From an uncultured Verrucomicrobiales bacterium (lineage in GTDB: Bacteria > Verrucomicrobiota > Verrucomicrobiia > Verrucomicrobiales > DEV007), in NCBI GenBank assembly GCA_938091905.1, contig CALKOM010000159.1:1-33514 (forward strand): a DNA stretch of 33,514 bases, written 5' to 3'. Both the position numbers and the translations under genes were made by a program. Of the stretch, positions 9,382 to 18,335 are shown piece after piece. The notes beneath the pieces were generated by a model. The model searched no databases and had not been told where the DNA came from. It worked only from the letters and a program-made list of their open reading frames with translations. Each line of letters begins with the position of its first letter. Position 1 is the stretch's first letter.

Positions 9382-10953
9382 ATGAAAACTCTCGCTGCCA
9401 TCCTACTCGTGGGATGGGTCTCTATTTTCAATGCCTTTGCTGAAGTGCCTCTGATCTCCAAAGGCTCCTCTGATTGGAGATACTTTGATCAAGGCACGTC
9501 TCCCGATGGGGAATGGACGAGCACCGAGTTTGATGATAGTGCTTGGAAGACTGGGATTGCCCCACTTGGCTATGAGACCGATGATGGGCCCGAGCTAAAG
9601 ACGACGGTATCATTTGGCGATGATGCGGAGAGGAAACGCGCGGTTACCTACTTCCGAAAGAGCTTCGACATAGCCGATCTTGCCCTGATTAAAGAGGCAG
9701 CCGTGAAGATCGCCGCAGATGACGGTGCCGTTGTGTATCTTAATGGCAAAGAGATTGGGCGCCTACGCATGGGGAAGGGGGCGATCACAGAAACGACATT
9801 TGCCGCTGGGAAGAACGGAAGTGCTGATGTGGCAGATCACCTGATGGAAGTTCCTTCAGACACACTTGTTGATGGAAAAAACGTAATCGCGGTGAGTCTT
9901 CACCAGGCGGAACCAGCCAGCAGCGGCCTGTTTCTTGACCTGGCTTTGGGCGGGATGAGTGCGAATGAACTCGCGGAGGCGCTCTTTGAGCGTCGGATGC
10001 GAGATCTCATGGCGGGCTACGAGGATAAAATGATGAAGTTTACCACTGCGTACTGAGCCGCAGCAGACGAAGTAGCGCGGGCAGCCCTCACTTACCCGAG
10101 TTCAATAGATACTAACAATGCCCTTTTTGAGTTAATCTTGGAAAGTCCAGAGCATCCTGGTGTGGTTGATGCGGCCTCATGGCTGTCTCAGTATCAGGGG
10201 TTCACGGATGCTGTCTCTGATGTGCTTTTGAAATATCATCACGCTTCAGAGGCTAATAGTTTAGCGATGTTAATGATTTACAATCGCTATCGACCAGATC
10301 CAAGTATGGCGTCTTTGCTTGAGAAGGTGCGAGCGAATCATCCTAACAAGACATTTCAGGCTCTCGCCGCTTTCAGTCTGTCCAACGGTGTCAAGGAGTC
10401 GAAGAAGAAGGAGGTCCTGCTTGAAGAAGCGGAAGCCAAGATCGGTGACTATGCATTCAACGATCGTTCGATCAAGCCCATGATTGTGGGCGAGCTCTTC
10501 GAGATGCGTAATTTGAATATCGGTCAGATGGCACCAGAGATTGAAGGTGAAGACATCGACGGCGTCGTCTTTAAGCTCTCGGACTATCGAGGAAAGGTGG
10601 TCATGTTAGATTTCTGGGGGCATTGGTGAGGCCCTTGCCGCGCCATGTACGCGCACGAGCGGTCGCTCGTTAAGCGCTTAGAAAACAAGCCTTTCGCACT
10701 CCTCGGTATCAACAGTGATCCCAAGGATGTGGTGAAGAAGGCAATTAAAGACGAGAACCTTTCCTGGCGCTCGTGGTGGGACGGTGGTGATACCAGTGGA
10801 CCCATTGCGACCAAGTGGAACGTCAGCGGTTGGCCCACGGTGCACATTCTCGATGCCAAAGGTGTGATTCGATCCAAGAATGCTCGTGGTAAGGAAATGG
10901 ATAGGACGATTAAGGCTTTGTTAGAACAAATGGAAGCCGCTGCTAGTGATTAG
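9382..10953 (+). CDS. Signal peptide, galactose-binding-like jelly-roll domain, helical linker and TlpA/ResA-like thioredoxin domain. Predicted selenoprotein (UGA 10627-10629, UxxC) with a second in-frame UGA at 10054-10056.
   Basis: ORFs 9220..10056, 10138..10629 and 10645..10953 share one frame, with only the two TGAs between them. The thioredoxin part reads APEIEGEDIDG..FKLSDYRGKVVMLDFWGHW*GPC...GWPT. The start MKTLAAILLVGWVSIFNAFA is a signal peptide. The jelly-roll motifs are WRY.D.G...FDDSAW...PLGY...YFRKSF...DDGAVVYLNGKEI. Confidence 0.8.
10651..10677 (+). promoter_or_regulatory. Candidate bacterial SECIS hairpin
   Basis: GCGC-ACGAGC-[GGTC]-GCTCGT-TAA-GCGC. It has a 6 bp upper stem, a G-starting apical loop 31 nt after the UGA, and a bulged lower stem. 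Confidence 0.7.
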
Positions 10954-10976
10954 TGGCCGACCACAGCTCGACTCGC

Positions 10977-11327
10977 CTAACGGGTGGTCTTCGACGCTGG
11001 TTGCTCAATGAACAGGCTCCTTACATTGGGACGCGTGAGCACTCGGTATTGCCAGAAGGCTAGGAAGAACAACAGAATTCCTGTCCCAAGCGCGAACTCT
11101 TTCGAAGCATAGCTGCGCTTCTGCCTGAACACGGTGAAATCCAGTGGGCCAGCGACGTTGACCATGATCAGCGGGAGGAGAATGAGGCCAATTCATCGGA
11201 ACACCAAGGCGCAAGTGTGCCAGCCTAGGCGATGACGTAGTAGTCCAGGCCCGCTCAAGACGCCGAGCACACTGAAGCTGATGTTGAGATGGCCGTTCAG
11301 CAGAGATAGGACAACTTCAATGATTGC
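10977..11327 (-). pseudogene. Remnant of a small multi-pass membrane protein gene (5'-truncated, internal stop)
   Basis: The frame of 10977..11165 extends upstream as AIIEVVLSLLNGHLNISFSVLGVLSGPGLLRHRLGWHTCALVFR*IGLILLPLIMV, with TGA at 11193-11195. No start codon occurs before the stop of the upstream gene. Confidence 0.6.
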
Positions 11328-11336
11328 CCGAATGGG

Positions 11337-12626
11337 CTAAGCGTCCTTCGCCACGGCGATGCACCAGAGGGCGTTCTCTGTGCGGATGAAGATCTCGCCG
11401 TTGGAGAACGCGGGAGTGCAATTGCTAGCCTCACCGAGAGGGTTGGCGGCGATGATCTCGAAGGTAGGATCGGCTTTCATGACGAAAGTCACGCCTTCCT
11501 TATCCACGGCGTAGATCTTGTCCCCGACGAGTACGCAGGCACCCCAAACAGGTTTACCATGTTTCCCTTGGCGGATCCTAGCTTTACTCACTTGTTCTCC
11601 CGTCTTCAGGTCGAGGCACTCGCCAATGCCGGTCATGTTAATGAGATAGAGTTTGTCGTCGTTGATGACTCCGGTTGAGAGGCGTGCAGAGCCCATGCCT
11701 GTCTTCCAAAGGCGATGTGTATCCGTGACATCTCCTTTGCCACCTAACTTAACTGAGATGGCAGGACCCTGATAACCGCCCATGGCGATGACCTTCCCCT
11801 CATGGATGATGGGAGAGGTGTAGACGAGTGGGTTCAAACCGCCACAGCGCCAGAGTTCCTTTCCTTTGCTAGGATCCAAGCTGATGACCAACTCTGGAAA
11901 GCACATGATCAACTCCTCGCGTTCGCCATGCTTGACCACGGTCGGAGTGCTATAACTCGCGATGCGCCCTTCATCAGAACCTTTGAAACCATCCTCGCGT
12001 TTGGCGGTTGCCTTGGGTGCGGGCTCGCGGAACTCCCACACTATCTCGCCGGTTGTCTTGATCATAGCAACGAGCCGTGCGTCTTTGCCAGGGCCATGGT
12101 AGACGTAGAGATGCTCGCCGAAGAGGACAGGCGAGGAGCCGCCACCAAAAGTGTGGATCTGCGGTCCGAGATCGCGTTTCCAGATTTCTTTGCCCTCAAG
12201 GTCGTAACAGAAGATACCCGCGGAGGCGTGGTAGGCGTAAACATGCTTGCCGTCAGTGACTGGCGTGGAGGCGCAGTAGGTGTTCGTGTTGTGCTTTGGT
12301 TCCTCCTGCTTGAACACGGTGCTTTGGGTCCACAGAGGCTTGCCGGTCACGCGGTCGAAGCAGATTAAGGAACGTTTACCTGCGGCTTCCTCGGCCTGAG
12401 TTAGAAAGACAACATTTCCCCAAACGATGGCGGAGGAGTTCCCCATTTCGGGAAGCGGCGTTCGCCATCGGACATTCGTCTTGGCGTCCCAGGTGATTGG
12501 GAAATTGGTTTCTGCGAGGGTGTTGTTGTCATTCGGGCCTCGCCAGCTCGGCCACTCATCGGCGTGAACTTGTGGAGTCAAGAGCGCGAGCCCCATGAGG
12601 GAGAAGAGAGTAGTCGAAAGTTTCAT
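11337..12626 (-). CDS. PQQ-binding-like beta-propeller repeat protein (BamB-like fold), secreted
   Basis: Signal peptide MKLSTTLFSLMGLALLTPQVHA, then DEWPSWRGP, repeated D..TG...W blades, ASTPVTDG and the C-terminus TPAFSNGEIFIRT..ALWCI. The start is placed at ATG 12626 rather than 12932. Confidence 0.88.
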   Translation of the reverse strand: MKLSTTLFSLMGLALLTPQVHADEWPSWRGPNDNNTLAETNFPITWDAKTNVRWRTPLPEMGNSSAIVWGNVVFLTQAEEAAGKRSLICFDRVTGKPLWTQSTVFKQEEPKHNTNTYCASTPVTDGKHVYAYHASAGIFCYDLEGKEIWKRDLGPQIHTFGGGSSPVLFGEHLYVYHGPGKDARLVAMIKTTGEIVWEFREPAPKATAKREDGFKGSDEGRIASYSTPTVVKHGEREELIMCFPELVISLDPSKGKELWRCGGLNPLVYTSPIIHEGKVIAMGGYQGPAISVKLGGKGDVTDTHRLWKTGMGSARLSTGVINDDKLYLINMTGIGECLDLKTGEQVSKARIRQGKHGKPVWGACVLVGDKIYAVDKEGVTFVMKADPTFEIIAANPLGEASNCTPAFSNGEIFIRTENALWCIAVAKDA

Positions 12627-12894
12627 AGCAATAAAGGCGTGGTTCAGCATCGATCTAACACCGGAGACGGTCAATTGCTGATGGAAAATGGTGAGTAATC
12701 TGGCCAGCCCTAAAACTAAGAAAGAACGGAAAGCAAGATGGACGCACCGATGTCGATGCTGCTCTATCATTAGGCCGCCAAAGCATGGCGACTGATCTCT
12801 TGGCGGACGGTCTGATAGCTGGATGGCGTGCGGAAACTCGCCGGACATTGAGAAATCGCTGGCGCGTCCGTGTCCTCTTCGCGGGACAATGACT

Positions 12895-13701
12895 CTAGTT
12901 AAGATGGCGTGTGATACGTCGCCTGAAGGCACGGATGGACTGCTTGCCCGGGCCGCTGGATTCTCCGTAGGAGGCGCCTAGTGCCTGGAAAAGGGGCGGT
13001 GATCGAACCACACGACGTACGCTGTGGTCATGAAGATAGGCTGACACTGACAACCCCAGAGAAGCCGCGTTAGCGGGTGCCAGGTCTGCTGGCGCGTGGC
13101 AAAGAAATCGCCGTGAAAGCGCAAATGTTTCACCGCATCTCGCAGGATGCGCTCATAGGCTTGTGAAATGACAGGATCCTCTGCGCGATCACGTAGGATA
13201 GCATAGTAGGCCTCCGCGATGAATTCGGCTGTCATGAGGATTTGCAGCTCAAATTCTAAGTTGATCAGTCGGCGCAGTTTCCTGAATACTCCGTGGGCCC
13301 ATTGCTGTTCTAACAGACTTCCGTCGAGACGTTCTACCAGGCCTTTTAGTATACTGGCGTGGCGATTCTCTTCCTCAAGGAACGTGGACAAATCCTCGTG
13401 GTAGCCTTCGAGACGAGGATCGTCGGCAACCCGTTGGGCAAAGCGGCGCTGCGTGCTGCCTTCACCGGATTCTCCCAACTGAAAGATGGCGAGTGAATCC
13501 GCCAACGGAGCGCGCATGGCTTCGGCGAGGCGCTGGGGGCTTGTCCACGGTAGAGCTGGTTCCTCCAGATTGTTGTCAAAGTAGTCCGCCCAAGCTCTCC
13601 AAAGGGCCTTTTCCGGCTGGAGGTGAGGCTGGTAATACTGAAGTTATCCGAGAGTCGTCTTCGGCGATTTCCTGTTGAGTTAGATGAGTATTGGTAATCA
13701 T
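12895..13701 (-). pseudogene. Frameshifted ferritin-like (di-iron) domain protein
   Basis: The core 12978..13517 has FQLGESGEG and EENRH, but the second ExxH is degraded to DAVKH. Its frame extends upstream (WRAWADYFDNN..P.LPW) and joins ATG 13701 only through a frameshift near 13605. A second frameshift near 12990 restores a plausible tail QALGASYGE...HLN* (stop 12895-12897). Confidence 0.7.
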
Positions 13702-13949
13702 CAGTTCTGCTTTGTGGCACAAAGTTGTAGTTGTTTTGCAAAGTAATGGATGCAAAGATCATCTCCAGCCCGTGTGAGTTGGGTCCGGCTGGGCCGATTC
13801 CGCCTTCACGAAACCGATGGCCCAGGGTCGACCAAGCGACCTGTGTTCAATCGTGGCAGAACTGACCACCAGCCCTAACAACAACAGCGCGATCGCGAGA
13901 CTTACGCCAAGAGGTCAGCTTGGTTCGAGTGTGCTCTCGCGCAGTATAA

Positions 13950-15701
13950 TCAGTCTGCCAGAGGCAGCTGGTAGCACACGGCTTGTTCGGCATTGCGATG
14001 GTAAAGTCGATCACCGATGACGACGGGGGGATTCCACGTCTTGCTGTCGAAGACTTGAAAGCGGGCCACTTCCTGATGAGACGCCGGATCTGCTCGAAGG
14101 AGAACGATGTCACCGCGTTCTGATGCGACGAGTAGCAAGCGAGAATCTTCTAGCAATAGCACCTGCCCTTTACCATAACGTCCGCCTTTCCACTTTCGCT
14201 CTCCGTCCTCAAGACTGACGCAGGTGAAGATGGAATTGTCGAATCCATAGAGATTGCCCTCAAAGGACACGCAGTCGTTGAAATCGGGTTTCAGTCTTCG
14301 CGAGGTCCACAGATCTCTGGTGTCTATGCCACTTTCGTTCGGCGTGATGCGGATGCGCCGGGTACCGGAGCCCATGCCGCTAGGGATGACCAAGGAATCT
14401 CCAGCGACGACGATCGGTTGCATCGAGCGGTAGCCTTTGTGGCTCCAATCGTAAGCGAGGGCTACCTGGCCGGTTGTCGGATCAAGGAGGTCGAACCCGA
14501 GATTGGTTGGCATTGTGACATAGGATTTACCGCCTAAATAACAAAGGTGCGGCGAGGCATAAGAGTCGTTTCCGGCTGGAGCCGACCACCTAAGTTTTCC
14601 ACTAGCGCAATCAAAGGCGACCGTGCCTTTGTCAACCTCGCCACCGGCATAGACTATTACAAGCCCATTAACAATCAATGGCGAGGAGGCAAAACCCCAC
14701 ATCGGGGGCTTTCGATTGGCTACTTGCCGGAGATCCTGTTTCCATGTGAGATTCCCGCTACGGGCGTCGAGCCGTTGAAGCCAACCACTGGCTCCCATCA
14801 CGTAAAGTGCGCCCTCGTTAAGTGTTGGCGTTGCTCTAGGACCAGGACCTCCTAACGGTTCGTCGAATCGCTCTTCGACGGAATGTTTCCAGACTTCCTC
14901 ACCCGTGTCTCCATGATAGCAAAGCACGGCTTCCTGATCGCCTCGCTGCTCTTGAGTGAAGAGTAGTTTGCCAGCCACGACAAAGGACGACCAAGCGGGC
15001 CCTACATTGATCCGCCAGAGTTCCTTCGGAGGTTGGGTCTCCCAAGTCGTTGCGAGTTTGGTTCCCCGTTGAATCCCAGAGCGATCTGGACCACGAAATC
15101 CTGGCCACTCCGGTTGGGCAAGACCGGCAAAGAGCGCCGGGTCCATAGAGGATTTACGAGTTGATAGGACGCTGCTGGTAGATTCGACGAGTTGCTGTTC
15201 TGTCGTCTTCTTCCAGCGCCAGGCATACTCGTTCGAAAGATCGTCTCCCCACATTCCTTCACTTCTGAGCGTGAGCGAGTAGCTGGCCCCGATAGTACCT
15301 AACAAGAGGGCGAGTAAGGTTCTCCTAGGCGACAACCAAGAATTCCCAATGGTAGCGCCGATAACGAAACCAACGACTGCCATTGGCACGATGAGCATCG
15401 TTGTTGCTGGTCCTCGCATTGTTGGGTGCGCCAGCACTACCGTCATGACGATAGCGACAATCATGCCAAAGAAGCCAACCAGGCGTTCTCGACCGGTTGC
15501 CCGACTGGCAAAGAGCCAGAGCAGGAGGATGAGGAAACTGCAAAGAAAGGGTCCAAAGGCAGGAATCATCCAGAGCGTCGCTGGGCCATCGTCGACAGAG
15601 CCAGTCCCGAACCGGGCGATCAGAATGCAGGCTACTAACAACCACGCGGGCCAAAGACGAAGAAGTCGGTAGCTACGATTCTCGGATACGGAGGCTCTCA
15701 T
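13950..15701 (-). CDS. Membrane-anchored PQQ-like beta-propeller protein (about 5 N-terminal TM helices)
   Basis: Hydrophobic N-terminal ~150 aa, then EWPGFRGPDRSG, GPRATPT, GGRYGKGQ and KTWNPPV...RN....CYQLP. Start uncertain (15701, 15713 or 15743). Confidence 0.88.
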   Translation of the reverse strand: MRASVSENRSYRLLRLWPAWLLVACILIARFGTGSVDDGPATLWMIPAFGPFLCSFLILLLWLFASRATGRERLVGFFGMIVAIVMTVVLAHPTMRGPATTMLIVPMAVVGFVIGATIGNSWLSPRRTLLALLLGTIGASYSLTLRSEGMWGDDLSNEYAWRWKKTTEQQLVESTSSVLSTRKSSMDPALFAGLAQPEWPGFRGPDRSGIQRGTKLATTWETQPPKELWRINVGPAWSSFVVAGKLLFTQEQRGDQEAVLCYHGDTGEEVWKHSVEERFDEPLGGPGPRATPTLNEGALYVMGASGWLQRLDARSGNLTWKQDLRQVANRKPPMWGFASSPLIVNGLVIVYAGGEVDKGTVAFDCASGKLRWSAPAGNDSYASPHLCYLGGKSYVTMPTNLGFDLLDPTTGQVALAYDWSHKGYRSMQPIVVAGDSLVIPSGMGSGTRRIRITPNESGIDTRDLWTSRRLKPDFNDCVSFEGNLYGFDNSIFTCVSLEDGERKWKGGRYGKGQVLLLEDSRLLLVASERGDIVLLRADPASHQEVARFQVFDSKTWNPPVVIGDRLYHRNAEQAVCYQLPLAD

Positions 15702-15785
15702 CCCCGCAACCATGAACAGATGCCGGAAGAACACCAGTCGCAATCCGGTAAGACCCGCCGGTTAGTGGCAAGTCAGACGGGAGTC

Positions 15786-16483
15786 CTACTTCTTACTGTT
15801 GGTCTTCACCGTAGCCGTGACGCAGACCAAGTTGTAAAGACCGATGTTGGTGCCGTTTTATTACGAACGGAATGAACGCCTAACAAGGCGGAGTCGCCAC
15901 TGATGACCGGGATGTTGGCCCGACCTCGGTGCGTTCTGAATACCGGCAGGTTAACTAGAGCTTCGTCCTGGCCATCGGTGCTGTTCCTAAGTTGATGTGC
16001 GATCTCTGAATCCAGACTTAGATCGATCGAATTGCCATCGAGGCCGATCTGGAGATCCACTCCAAGAGTGGTGCTTTCTGGGCGCATTTCATACGTCGTT
16101 CCATGGGCCGGTGCGGAAATCACATTATTAGCCGTGAGTGGTCCGGTCACTTGTTGTGGCAGTTCCGCAGGATCAAACTCGCCGCGATAAATTTTCTCGA
16201 GGATGGACTCGGTCTTTGCGCGCTGCCCCGACCTTGTGACGACCTACGTGGTTTTGATGACTTTGGCTTTTGATGCCTCAATCAATGGCTCTAGTTGATA
16301 GCGCAAGGCTGTTGCGTTGGTGGCGTTTCGCGGTTGGCTCAACAGTTGGGCAGCTTGGTTTCGATCCACCTGAATGACTTCTAGCTTAATGGCGATGTGA
16401 CCTATGCCATCTTGTCAGTGACAAAGCCCTGCTGAGCCGAGCCATGTAGTGCAAACGGGAATTGCGAGAGAAGAGAGTTCCAT
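15786..16483 (-). pseudogene. Decayed secretin-like (type II/III secretion system protein-like) gene, copy 2
   Basis: ATG 16483 is in frame with ORF 15806..16150 through TGA 16415-16417 and TAG 16244-16246. It reads IAIKLEVIQVD...VVTRSGQRAKTESILEKIYRGEFDPAELP...YEMR...IDLSLDSEI. A frameshift near the 3' end gives LVCVTATVKTNSKK*. Confidence 0.75.
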
Positions 16484-16509
16484 GGTTTCGATGGAGTGTT
16501 CTTGTTCTG

Positions 16510-17287
16510 TCAAAGAGTTCTTAACCGAGCGGGTGTCGGCGATGGTAAGAAGAGTCCTCGGACGAAGACCATGATGCGCTTCTCGTCGTCTAGAGATTTC
16601 CCTTCCTTCAACGCATGGGATTCCTCCGGTGGCGTATAGACTCTAGCAAGCATGTATTCCCCCGCGCGGGCTGGAAGGTTTGTCGTCACTTTCATGGTGT
16701 GAAAGAGAGGGTAAGTAATTTGCACCTCTCGCTGGCCGCTCACGGCGTCCCGTTCATGTGTAATCATCTCGGAAACCAACTCTATATTGATGATCTCACC
16801 ACCTGGGCCAAGCTGTGGCGCGGCCTTCACAATAAAGCCAATGCTCCGAGTCTTAAAAGCGGTTGGGGTCGCGGGAGTGATAATCTTAGAGGGGGCTTCG
16901 ATTGTTCCGTGAACTTTCTGAGGCAACCCCGGTAGATCATATTCCGTCGGATAGATGACCTCAACCATTGACTCGGACAGCGTCGGCAGTCGGCTGTCCG
17001 CTGCGTGTGACCAACTGGGTGATTTCGACGAGCTCTGCTGCGCCCGCCTGCACAAGTTTGCCAACGTCTTCCCGAAGTCGAGTGTCTTTGCCCTCCTTGC
17101 GCTATGCGCGCAGGAGGTCGGTGTGATCGACTGCAATGGATTCTACGACAATCGCGATGTTCTTTGCGATAGAATTATCGATCGCTGCATCTCTTGGTGC
17201 TCTTACCTCTTGGGCGTTATTGGCAAAGGGATCTTGGTCGTGTGCCAAAGTCAGTTGATAGACTAGCGGTAATAAGCTGCGCATCAC
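16510..17287 (-). pseudogene. Decayed secretin-like gene, copy 1
   Basis: 17287..17102 (IAIVVESIAVDH) reads through a TAG at 17102-17104 into ...LREDVGKLVQAGAAELVEITQLVTRSGQ. It then frameshifts near 16985 into ESMVEVIYPTEYD...PATPTAFKTRSIG...RIMVFVR. Confidence 0.78.
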
Positions 17288-17350
17288 CCGCTACATAAGC
17301 GCTACTTTTGCAGCTATATTATTAATGAAAAAGATATCCTTTAAGCCAAC

Positions 17351-18073
17351 TTAGAATGGCGCGTGACCGGTGCTGGAACCACCGTCGACGTAAATTGTTT
17401 GGCCGGTGATAAACCCAGAGTCTTCGCCTAACAAAAAAGCATTGATCGCGGCAAGCTCGTCTGGGGTGCCGGTTCTTTTTAGGGGAATGTTATCAATGTA
17501 GCGCTGACGACTCTCACTTCCGGGCGGGTTGTTGGTGTTGAAGAGTTCTGTCTCAACTGGGCCAGGAGCAACGGCATTGACAGTGATCGCGTGGGGTGCA
17601 AGTTCTAACGACCAACTTCTGGTGAAACTGATAAGCCCGGACTTCGCTGCCGCATAGCTAGTGCGGAAGGGCACACCCACGGTTACGAGGCTGGACGTCT
17701 GTACGATGCGACCCCATCGTTGTTGTTTCATATGAGGGAGCGCTGCTTGAGTTGTTTGCAGGGCAACGCGGAGATTGAGATCGAGCACCTGGTCGAGTTG
17801 CTCTAACGTGATCTCTTCAAGTGGAGCGGGGTTGACGAGCCCGACGTTGTTGAGAATGCCATCAATGCCGTGCGATTGTGTGATTCCACGTAGAGCCTCT
17901 GCTGTGGCGTTTCGATCAGCGAGATCAGCGGTGACGAATGGGCCTGGAAAGGGGCCTGCAGGTTCTGTCCGAGCCATGCCAATAACCGTGTGCCCCGCAT
18001 CGCCCAAACGACGCGCGGTGGCGTAGCCGATTCCTTTACTGGCTCCTGTGATGAGGTAGGTGCGTGCAATCAT
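17351..18073 (-). CDS. SDR family NAD(P)-dependent oxidoreductase
   Basis: ITGASKGIG, NNVG, catalytic S...YAAAK, VNAVAPGPVET and FITGQTIYVDGG. Confidence 0.95.
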   Translation of the reverse strand: MIARTYLITGASKGIGYATARRLGDAGHTVIGMARTEPAGPFPGPFVTADLADRNATAEALRGITQSHGIDGILNNVGLVNPAPLEEITLEQLDQVLDLNLRVALQTTQAALPHMKQQRWGRIVQTSSLVTVGVPFRTSYAAAKSGLISFTRSWSLELAPHAITVNAVAPGPVETELFNTNNPPGSESRQRYIDNIPLKRTGTPDELAAINAFLLGEDSGFITGQTIYVDGGSSTGHAPF

Positions 18074-18079
18074 ACGGCG

Positions 18080-18108
18080 AGGCTGCCTGGGTTTGGCCTG
18101 ATTGACAA
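18080..18108 (-). promoter_or_regulatory. Putative sigma70 promoter giving a leaderless SDR mRNA
   Basis: TTGTCA, 17 nt, CAGCCT, 6 nt, ATG. Confidence 0.4.
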
Positions 18109-18335
18109 TGCAAACAAGTCGTGGGTGAAAGCCTGTTTAGTATTTGTAAACAGAACTTTGCGCGGGAGAACGACGGTTCATGAGAATACATGGAAAGCCT
18201 GCTTCAATCATTCTCGCCTTGTCTGCAATTGCTATTGTTAGTCTTAAAGGGCGAGATCCCGAGGTATGCGGAATGGGATCGCGTCATGAAACCCATCCTC
18301 GATGGCTTGGCCTACGGTAGGCGCCGCTAAGGAGA

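Noticed and set aside
12627..12932. 102 aa N-terminal extension of the PQQ-like ORF
   Set aside because: Non-protein-like composition. The signal peptide starts at ATG 12626, and the extension overlaps the ferritin-like pseudogene tail.
10054..16417. Genome-wide UGA reassignment (Trp/Gly) suggested by in-frame TGAs at 10054, 10627, 11193 and 16415
   Set aside because: Trp is encoded by TGG in intact genes, TGA ends genes at natural family termini (for example 13950), and the broken genes also contain TAG/TAA stops and frameshifts.
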